Shown: in pieces, positions 25,709 through 33,026 of the stretch
Numbering within the stretch: the first letter of the stretch is position 1
How the letters are laid out: each line of letters begins with the position of its first letter
Assembly (NCBI GenBank): GCA_944359705.1
Contig: CALVSZ010000003.1
Coordinates: 1 to 33,026, forward strand
Length of the DNA stretch: 33,026 nucleotides
Direction of reading: 5' to 3'
Origin: an uncultured Bacilli bacterium
GTDB taxonomy: Bacteria; Bacillota_I; Bacilli_A; RF39; UBA660
Notes under the pieces: generated by a model
What the model was told of the DNA's origin: nothing
The model's database searches: none
The model's input: the letters and a program-made list of their open reading frames with translations, nothing else
Translations under genes and position numbers: made by a program

Positions 25709-28237
25709 TTATTTTATTTTATTTTTTAATTTATATAATAAATTAATCGCATCCATTGGTGTTAATTCTAAAACATTGATATTTTTAAGTTCCTTTTCAA
25801 CAACACTTTCTTTAGGTTCAAAGTCTAATGGTAGAGTTGTCTGGACTATTATATCCCTTTTCTTTTCTTTATTTTCATATACTTTTAATATATCTTCTGC
25901 TCTATTTATTACTTCTTTAGGAAGACCCGCTAATGTTGCTACATTAATACCATAACTCTTATCAACACTGCCATCTTTTACTTTATGTAAGAAAGTAATT
26001 TTACCATCTTCTTCAGTTGCTGCGACATGTTTATTTTTTAAGTGTTTAAGTGTTCTATCCAAATCAGTTAATTCATGATAATGGGTAGAAAATAATGTCT
26101 TACATCCAATTTTATCATGAATATATTCTAGTATTGCTTCTGCTAGACTCATACCATCAAATGTTGCAGTACCTCTTCCTAATTCATCAAATAAGATTAA
26201 ACTATTTGATGAAGCATTAGCTATAGCATTAGAAGCTTCTTTCATTTCAACCATAAAAGTAGATTCGCCACTTACTAGATCATCACTTGCCCCAATTCTA
26301 GTAAATATTTTATCAAATATAGGTAAAGTACCTTCTTTCGCAGGAATAAAACATCCTATTTGCGCCATTATAACCGTTATTCCAAGTTGCCTCATATAAG
26401 TAGACTTACCAGCCATATTAGGCCCTGTAATTAATAATATACTAGTATTTTTATCCATTATTATATCATTAGATACATATTCGTCTTTAATTACTTTTTC
26501 TACAACTGGATGCCTAGAATCAATTAATCTTATTTCATTATTATTATTTATATTAGGTCTTACATAATTATATTTTTCAGAAACTAATGCAAAAGATTGT
26601 AAAACATCTATTTCACTAATTACTTTAGAAATTTCTTGTAATTTTGGAATATATTCTTTTACTTTATCTCTAATATTTATAAATAATGAATACTCTAAAT
26701 TAATAATTTTCTCTTCACTAGTTAAGATTAAATCTTCTTTTTCTTTTAATAAAGGATTTATATATCTTTCACAATTAGCTAAAGTTTGTTTTCTAATATA
26801 TCCCATATCTTCTGTTATTTGATTAATACTACCTTTAGATACTTCTATGTAATATCCAAAAACTTTATTAAATCCTACTTTTAAATTTTTTATTCCTGTT
26901 CTCTCACGCTCTTCAATTTCAAAATTAGATATAAAGTTTTTACCACCACTTCTAAGGCTCTTTAATTCATCTAGTTCTTTAGAATATCCTTCTTTTATTA
27001 AATATCCTTCTTTTAACCCAACTGGAGGATTATCACAAATAGATGAATCTAACAATTGAAATAAATCAGCAAGTACCTCTATATCATCATAAAAGTTAAT
27101 ACTATTTAATATATACTTTATCGTAGGAAGCTGTTTTAGTGAATTTTTTAATTGTAACAAATCTCTAGCATTAGCATTCCCTAGAGCTACACGTCCTGAT
27201 AATCTTTCTAAATCATATACTTCGTATAGTGCTTTTCGTAAGTCTTCACACATTAAAAATTCTTCTAATAACTTACTTACGACATCATACCTATTATTAA
27301 TTATTTTTTCATCTATAAGTGGATTTTCAATCCAATTTTTTAATTTTCTAGAACCCATTGCTGTTTTGGTGTTATCAAGAAGCCATAATAAAGAATAAGT
27401 TCTCTCTTTTAATCTTAAACTTTCCGTTAATTCTAAATTCCTTTTCGTATGAATATCCATTTTTAAATATTCATCATTCTTTATTATTTTTAATTTTTGT
27501 AAATGTGTCATATTTCTTTTTTGATCTATTACTAAATAGTATAATAAATGATTTATAGATATTTTATAACGTTCATCTTCAATTCCTTCTATTACATACG
27601 TAAAATCAGTTTCTGTATATAAATTATTGGTTATTGTAATAGGTATTTTATATTGATTTTTAAATACATTAATTATATTTGACTTAACATTATTTATAAT
27701 TAATTCTTTTATACCTAAAGACACAACTTCATTAATTAATTTATTATCATCATTATCTATTATTTTTGAATAAATTTCTCCAGTTGTTATATCTGAATAA
27801 CTAAGTATATAACAATATTCAAAATTATAAATACTGCCTATATAATTGTTTTCTTTCTCATTTAGTGTATCACTTATAATTGTTCCTGATGAAATTACTT
27901 CGGTAACACTTCTTTCTACAATCCCTTTAGCATCTTTAGGATCTTCCATTTGCTCACATATTGCTACCTTATATCCTTTTTTTATAAGTTTATCTACATA
28001 TATATCTACCGCCTTATGAGGTACACCACACATAGGAACTCTCTCTTCTAATCCAGCTTGTCTTCCTGTTAAAGTTAATTCTAACTCATGTGATACAAGG
28101 ATAGCATCTTCAAAAAACATTTCATAAAAATCCCCAAGACGATAGAATAATATTACATCTTGGTATTTATCTTTCAAATCAGCATAGTGTCTCATCATCG
28201 GTGCTAATTTGTTTCTATCTACTTCACTTAACTTCAT
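25709..28237 (-). CDS. mutS: DNA mismatch repair protein MutS (MutS1)
   Basis: PMMRHY, FYRLGDFYEMF, TGPNMAGKSTYMRQ, FTRIGASDDL..GESTFMVEM, DELGRGT, STHYHEL and SYGINVA. Start ATG 28237. Confidence 0.96.
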   Translation of the reverse strand: MKLSEVDRNKLAPMMRHYADLKDKYQDVILFYRLGDFYEMFFEDAILVSHELELTLTGRQAGLEERVPMCGVPHKAVDIYVDKLIKKGYKVAICEQMEDPKDAKGIVERSVTEVISSGTIISDTLNEKENNYIGSIYNFEYCYILSYSDITTGEIYSKIIDNDDNKLINEVVSLGIKELIINNVKSNIINVFKNQYKIPITITNNLYTETDFTYVIEGIEDERYKISINHLLYYLVIDQKRNMTHLQKLKIIKNDEYLKMDIHTKRNLELTESLRLKERTYSLLWLLDNTKTAMGSRKLKNWIENPLIDEKIINNRYDVVSKLLEEFLMCEDLRKALYEVYDLERLSGRVALGNANARDLLQLKNSLKQLPTIKYILNSINFYDDIEVLADLFQLLDSSICDNPPVGLKEGYLIKEGYSKELDELKSLRSGGKNFISNFEIEERERTGIKNLKVGFNKVFGYYIEVSKGSINQITEDMGYIRKQTLANCERYINPLLKEKEDLILTSEEKIINLEYSLFINIRDKVKEYIPKLQEISKVISEIDVLQSFALVSEKYNYVRPNINNNNEIRLIDSRHPVVEKVIKDEYVSNDIIMDKNTSILLITGPNMAGKSTYMRQLGITVIMAQIGCFIPAKEGTLPIFDKIFTRIGASDDLVSGESTFMVEMKEASNAIANASSNSLILFDELGRGTATFDGMSLAEAILEYIHDKIGCKTLFSTHYHELTDLDRTLKHLKNKHVAATEEDGKITFLHKVKDGSVDKSYGINVATLAGLPKEVINRAEDILKVYENKEKKRDIIVQTTLPLDFEPKESVVEKELKNINVLELTPMDAINLLYKLKNKIK

Positions 28238-28262
28238 TTTACCTTCATCCCTTACCAAGAAA

Positions 28263-28291
28263 ATTATATCAAAAAAAAGAAAAAAGGACAA
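28263..28291 (-). promoter_or_regulatory. Putative sigmaA promoter of mutS
   Basis: TTGTCC-17 bp-TATAAT, extended TGn. Confidence 0.6.
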
Positions 28292-29929
28292 TTAGTTATC
28301 CTTGTTTCTTACTAGTTTTTTTGCTTCATAATGTTCTTCAATTTCGTTAAAATTCTCTAAATATTCTTTTGCGTGCATTAATAAATAACTATACTGATTA
28401 TATAAATTATAAAACTCTTTCTTTATAGAGTCATCTGCTGTTACATGAGAATCAAATATTTTTTTTGCTAATTCTATTTTTTCTATAGCATCTTCTATTT
28501 CTTTAATATTATTTTTATATTGTTTATAAATTGAGGGATTTATTGGACAACCTCCAAATAACTCTTTTAAATTGTAAAGAATTCCAGGAGTAAGTCCATT
28601 TTTCTTAGAAAAATATATTTCTGATCCCCAAACATATGCAACTTCATTAAGTAAAACAAAGGCACTAATTAGTAAAGAATAATCTATAGAATCAAATTTT
28701 TCATATTCTTCTTTATCATTAATTTCAGTAATTACCACTTCACTATATTCAGAACTAGTTGTATCTTTACCATATGACATTAAATTAATATCGTATGGCA
28801 TATTATCTAAATTTAAATCTAGATAATCTTTAATATCAGAAAGTTCTATATCACTAACATCATATGTAGATACTGTCCTTAGTCTATTAAATACTTTACT
28901 ATATACATTAATTTTAGTACTATTTGTCGGATTACTAGATACTTCTACTTCTATTGGTTTTTCTTTTGTACCATAATCACTAGAATATGATTTTTCTATT
29001 CCTTTGTAAACTTTATCTATTGCATGTTTTTTTAAACCACCACTAGCTAAAATAGTAGCTCCTGTCATAAGACTTATAGATAATATAATTGACCATACTC
29101 GCATACGAATATACTTTTTGGTTTTATTCAAATTGTCTTTTAGATTTTCTAAATGTTCTTTTTTATATCCTATGTTTTCTTGATATGAATCAATCATATT
29201 TTTGTTATTTTCATAACGTTTTAATAAATAATCAAGTCTTCCATAAATACTTTTTTTATATTTTTTTTCATTTTGTTCATATCTTAATATCAATTTTAAA
29301 TTATCTAAACTATAATAATCTTCTACATTATTAATATTAATATTTAATAATGCTGTGCTGTAAGTATCGTCAAATTCATCCTTTACTAGCTTTTTAAATT
29401 TGGCATATAAGATAACAAAATCTTCTTTCATGAAATTACCTATAAATTGTTTACTTGAATTTTTGTCACTAAAATAATCAAATAAACTTGTTTCATTGGT
29501 ATATAAAACCTCTTTTTTCATAAAATTATAAATTATACAATAAATTTTAGATAATATTTGATTTTCAATAATACCATCAATATTTTCTAACCAACTTAAG
29601 TTATTAAAGTTATTAATTATTTGTTTTACAGCCACTTTTGTGTGTTCTTCTAGTTTTTCGACATCTTTTTGTCCATAAAATTCAAGTTCTATCTTTTCCA
29701 AAACTTGTAGTATACTTAATAATTGTTCATAATTAAATAACTCAGTTTCCAATGCAGTCAATTGGTCTTCACTTATTTGGTTTTCATATAATTTTTCAAT
29801 ATCTAATACAGTTTTATATTTTTTGTATAAACTATCTTTATCAATTCCATAATAATAAAATTCTTCAAGTTTTTTACATGCAATAGTAATTCTTTGCTTT
29901 AAAGCTTCCATTTTTTTTATTTCATCCAT
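28292..29929 (-). CDS. Hypothetical coiled-coil two-TM membrane protein, paralogue 3 of tandem trio
   Basis: Shares YKG..YSS, NSTKINVY, TYDVS..IKDY, EYSEVV and EFYNLYNQY with its two upstream neighbours. Start ATG 29929 or GTG 29938. Confidence 0.8.
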   Translation of the reverse strand: MDEIKKMEALKQRITIACKKLEEFYYYGIDKDSLYKKYKTVLDIEKLYENQISEDQLTALETELFNYEQLLSILQVLEKIELEFYGQKDVEKLEEHTKVAVKQIINNFNNLSWLENIDGIIENQILSKIYCIIYNFMKKEVLYTNETSLFDYFSDKNSSKQFIGNFMKEDFVILYAKFKKLVKDEFDDTYSTALLNININNVEDYYSLDNLKLILRYEQNEKKYKKSIYGRLDYLLKRYENNKNMIDSYQENIGYKKEHLENLKDNLNKTKKYIRMRVWSIILSISLMTGATILASGGLKKHAIDKVYKGIEKSYSSDYGTKEKPIEVEVSSNPTNSTKINVYSKVFNRLRTVSTYDVSDIELSDIKDYLDLNLDNMPYDINLMSYGKDTTSSEYSEVVITEINDKEEYEKFDSIDYSLLISAFVLLNEVAYVWGSEIYFSKKNGLTPGILYNLKELFGGCPINPSIYKQYKNNIKEIEDAIEKIELAKKIFDSHVTADDSIKKEFYNLYNQYSYLLMHAKEYLENFNEIEEHYEAKKLVRNKDN

Positions 29930-29962
29930 TTTTACCACTACCCCACATGAAATATGCTACTT

Positions 29963-29990
29963 ATATTACCATAAAAATTAAATATGTCAA
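29963..29990 (-). promoter_or_regulatory. Putative sigmaA promoter
   Basis: TTGACA-16 bp-TAATAT, extended TGn. Confidence 0.55.
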
Positions 29991-30008
29991 TTTTTTATCC
30001 AAAGAAAA

Positions 30009-31232
30009 CTACTTAAATATATATTTTCTTATAATTGAATTGGATTTTATTGATTCAACTCTATTTAATAAATCTTGGGAACCATCTATTACTTTTCCAT
30101 ATCTTTGATATAATTGATAAAATTCAAGTAAATTTTTTTCAAAATCTAAAATTAATTTATTCTTTTCTACATCTAAATTACTAATATCATCTATTAAATT
30201 TAATATATTTTCTTTCATTTTTTCTTTTTCTTCAAAGAAATTTCTTTTTTTGAACAAAGAAATTAAATTTAAAGAAATACCTAAACATAATTTTTTATAA
30301 TCATTTTGTTTTTCTTTATGACTAGAAACAATAATTAAAAATAATTCTAGTAAAAGCATACAACCAAGTTGAATTAAATAATATAAAAAATTATTTAGCT
30401 TTGGTATTATAGTACTTTTATCAATTTCTATTTTTACAACATCACTATATTGTTGATAGGGAGTTTTACTTATATAATCTACTTTTTTTATACTATATGT
30501 AAAACTTGATAAATCAATACCTAAATAATCTTCTATATCACCATAATAATAATCAGACACATCATATGATGAAAGTATTCTACTTTTTTTTAGGTCAAAT
30601 AATCCCGTTTTATATACTTCACTATAAGTATTTATATATGTGCTATTTTTATCATTTAAATCAAAAGATGTAATCTTCTCTTTTGTGGAATTATCTAAAG
30701 AAGAATATATGGTTATTTTCCCATTATAAAAGTCATTTGTACAAATTTTCTTGCTATAACTTCCTATACCTAACCATATTGACCCATATATCCCTAAAGT
30801 CAAAAAAATAGATATAATTCTATTTTTTATTTCTTTTGAACATAAAAATTTACTTTGATAAGCCTCATTTAAAACTTTCATAAAATCTTTTCTAGAATTA
30901 ATATTATGATTTAATGATGATAAATATAATTCTAGTTCACCTACAATATTATCTAACTCATTTTTTGCTAACTTAATATAATAATTATTATACTTTGACA
31001 GTAATTTTAATAATTCAACGTCAATATAATTTATATCTTTTCTAACTTCTTCTAAACTATATAACATTATTTTTATTTCTTCATCATTATTTTCATACCC
31101 AAATATCTCTAGTATATCTAATAATTCATCTATAAAACTAATACATAATTTTTTTTCTAGTATAGTCTCTTCATTTAATTTGTTTTTTAAGTCAATTATC
31201 AAATTATATGCTAAATCATAATTACTAGCCAT
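30009..31232 (-). CDS. Hypothetical coiled-coil two-TM membrane protein, paralogue 2 of tandem trio
   Basis: YNG..YSS, NSTYINTY, SYDVS..IEDY, QYSDVV and EFYQLYQRY. Start ATG 31232 (SD AGGAGG). Confidence 0.8.
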   Translation of the reverse strand: MASNYDLAYNLIIDLKNKLNEETILEKKLCISFIDELLDILEIFGYENNDEEIKIMLYSLEEVRKDINYIDVELLKLLSKYNNYYIKLAKNELDNIVGELELYLSSLNHNINSRKDFMKVLNEAYQSKFLCSKEIKNRIISIFLTLGIYGSIWLGIGSYSKKICTNDFYNGKITIYSSLDNSTKEKITSFDLNDKNSTYINTYSEVYKTGLFDLKKSRILSSYDVSDYYYGDIEDYLGIDLSSFTYSIKKVDYISKTPYQQYSDVVKIEIDKSTIIPKLNNFLYYLIQLGCMLLLELFLIIVSSHKEKQNDYKKLCLGISLNLISLFKKRNFFEEKEKMKENILNLIDDISNLDVEKNKLILDFEKNLLEFYQLYQRYGKVIDGSQDLLNRVESIKSNSIIRKYIFK

Positions 31233-31277
31233 AATATAAAAACCTCCTAAAATATTCATTAATAGGAAAAGAAATTA

Positions 31278-32879
31278 TTACTTATTTTCTTTTAATAATT
31301 TTTTAGAAAAAACTTTTGATGTATCTTCCAAATTGGCTTCTAGTAATAATTTATCTTTATTGTCTAATAAATACAAATATTGATAATACAATTTTTTAAA
31401 TTCTTCTTTTAATTTTAAATCTCTTTCCAATAAATAATTAAAAGTTTCATCTAAAACTTCAATATTAGTTAAAATTAAATCTTCTTTTTTTAAATATTTA
31501 TTCGTTAATTGAATTATATTTAAACCTGTAGCATTTCTAGCTAATAATGAACATATGTTGTAAAAAACTCCTAAAGTAATTACTGGTCTATTCTTCGCTT
31601 TTCGTCTTGCTAAAATTGAATATACTGTAAAAGAAGGTTCTAAAACTCCTAAAAGAATAAGTATATAAATAAAGAATGATAAATAAAAACTGTTTTCATC
31701 TATAACTTCATAAACATTTGTGGTATCAATTTGCGTATCAACTATTTCACTATATTCTAAATCTGATTCACCCTTTATATAAAAAGACGAAGCGTAATCA
31801 GATTTTTTACTATATTCACTTAAATTTAACATATCATAATCTTCTATATTATCCAAATTAGCTGATGAAACATCATAAGTTGTATAAGATCTACGTCCAT
31901 CTATTATTGGTCCATATTCATTAACCACAGTATTAGAAACGGGATTATCAGAAACATTAAATAATTTAACTTCTTCTCTATTACCATAAATATTTGAATA
32001 AGAATAAACATTACCCTTATAACATTTTTTTAAATTGTTTTTCTCTGCCACATTTTTAGATAAAACCACACCACCAAAGAGAATTCCAAAGCTCAAAGAA
32101 ATTGATGTTAATCTTACTAATAATTCTTTTTTCTTTTTGTTAAGTTTTCTTTTTATAATATCTAATTTTTTGACAACTAATTCTTTTTCTGCCAAATGTT
32201 CTTGTATTTTATTATCATTAATTTTTATAGAATTAATAATACGATGTGCCTCTTGATTTACTTCTTCTTTTATCTCAGAATCCCCAAAATATTCAATCAA
32301 TTCCTTAATTACTTCCATTTTCTTTTCTTCATATTCATTTCTTAAATCTGAATAATTAATAATATTAACAGCTTCATCTCCAAATATATGTTGATTAGCT
32401 TTAATATTGTCTAATTCATCTTTAATGGATGCTACAAAATACTTTTTATTAATATCGCTATTTTCAAAATATAACCATATTTTACTTTTTTTACCTTGAA
32501 CAAACTCTTCAACCATAATATCAAAAATTACTTTATAAATTCTCTTAGCGATGTAATTATTATCTTCCCAAACATTATAATATTCCTTAGTATCTTCTAT
32601 AATTTCTAAAATTTTAGTTATATTTTCATCCAATTTATAACTAGGAAAAGTCATAAGTTCATTAGATGTTTTATTACATATCATTAGACATTCAACAATT
32701 TTTTCATAAATGCATATTAAATTATTTAATTCGTCTACCTTATCTCGATATAAATATTCTTCATCTTCTATAAATATTTCATTTAACTTACTTTCTAAAT
32801 AATTTACATTTACATTTTTTAATCTAAGTGAATTTATTTTTTGTTTTATATCAATTAATTCATATATTCTACTATTCAT
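31278..32879 (-). CDS. Hypothetical coiled-coil two-TM membrane protein, paralogue 1 of tandem trio
   Basis: YKG..YSN, SNTVVNEY, TYDVS..IEDY, EYSEIV and EFKKLYYQY. SD GGGGGG. Confidence 0.8.
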   Translation of the reverse strand: MNSRIYELIDIKQKINSLRLKNVNVNYLESKLNEIFIEDEEYLYRDKVDELNNLICIYEKIVECLMICNKTSNELMTFPSYKLDENITKILEIIEDTKEYYNVWEDNNYIAKRIYKVIFDIMVEEFVQGKKSKIWLYFENSDINKKYFVASIKDELDNIKANQHIFGDEAVNIINYSDLRNEYEEKKMEVIKELIEYFGDSEIKEEVNQEAHRIINSIKINDNKIQEHLAEKELVVKKLDIIKRKLNKKKKELLVRLTSISLSFGILFGGVVLSKNVAEKNNLKKCYKGNVYSYSNIYGNREEVKLFNVSDNPVSNTVVNEYGPIIDGRRSYTTYDVSSANLDNIEDYDMLNLSEYSKKSDYASSFYIKGESDLEYSEIVDTQIDTTNVYEVIDENSFYLSFFIYILILLGVLEPSFTVYSILARRKAKNRPVITLGVFYNICSLLARNATGLNIIQLTNKYLKKEDLILTNIEVLDETFNYLLERDLKLKEEFKKLYYQYLYLLDNKDKLLLEANLEDTSKVFSKKLLKENK

Positions 32880-32908
32880 ATTTTATCCCCCCAAAAAATA
32901 TATAGAAT

Positions 32909-32937
32909 ATAATACCACTAAAAAAAAGAATAGTCAA
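32909..32937 (-). promoter_or_regulatory. Putative sigmaA promoter of the paralogue cluster
   Basis: TTGACT-17 bp-TATTAT, extended TGn. Confidence 0.6.
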
Positions 32938-32977
32938 ACGCCATTCTTCATAGATTGTGTAACATGGTATCGGAAAA

Positions 32978-33006
32978 TTGAAAAAAACACTTCAATATGT
33001 TATACT
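32978..33006 (+). promoter_or_regulatory. Putative divergent sigmaA promoter for a gene beyond the window
   Basis: TTGAAA (32978-32983)-17 bp-TATACT (33001-33006), extended TGn. Confidence 0.55.
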
Positions 33007-33026
33007 ATAATCGCAAAAAAATAGCA

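Noticed and set aside
6675..32256. Short plus-strand ORFs (6675, 9771, 10461, 12046, 12113, 15063, 17078, 19281, 21189, 27358, 29089, 32035)
   Set aside because: All are antisense shadows of well-supported minus-strand genes, with F/I/L/S-biased composition and no recognisable motif.
1..33026. Mycoplasma-type genetic code 4, suggested by the very low GC content
   Set aside because: Full-length nrdG and the HAD gene end at TGA, long genes are open under code 11, and murC indicates a cell wall.
1..33026. Prophage or mobile island, suggested by single-strand gene orientation, nrdD/nrdG and the NT5C-like gene
   Set aside because: No integrase, transposase or virion genes; core genes are dispersed throughout, and co-orientation fits the leading-strand bias of Bacillota.

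Overview
Very AT-rich chromosomal segment of a walled, low-GC Bacillota (murC is present; TGA is used as stop, so genetic code 11). Gene content and style resemble reduced-genome uncultured gut Bacilli such as RF39, but that assignment is an inference. All 31 credible CDSs lie on the minus strand. Housekeeping genes (iscS-like, hisS, murC, trpS, recX, nrdD/nrdG, mutS) are interleaved with orphan genes. Highlights: (1) a class III ribonucleotide reductase whose glycyl-radical tail (RITGYL) is a separate 59-aa gene with its own Shine-Dalgarno, coupled to nrdG; (2) a SipW-type signal peptidase cluster with four TasA/CalY-like subunits, one carrying a large beta-repeat insertion; (3) three tandem paralogues of an unrecognised coiled-coil/two-TM membrane family; (4) a set of signal-peptide-less orphans with basic C-terminal tails, including an apparently dead M14 peptidase and a helical-repeat protein. 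No rRNA, tRNA, CRISPR array or mobile element was recognised. All family calls come from motif recognition by eye, not from database searches.
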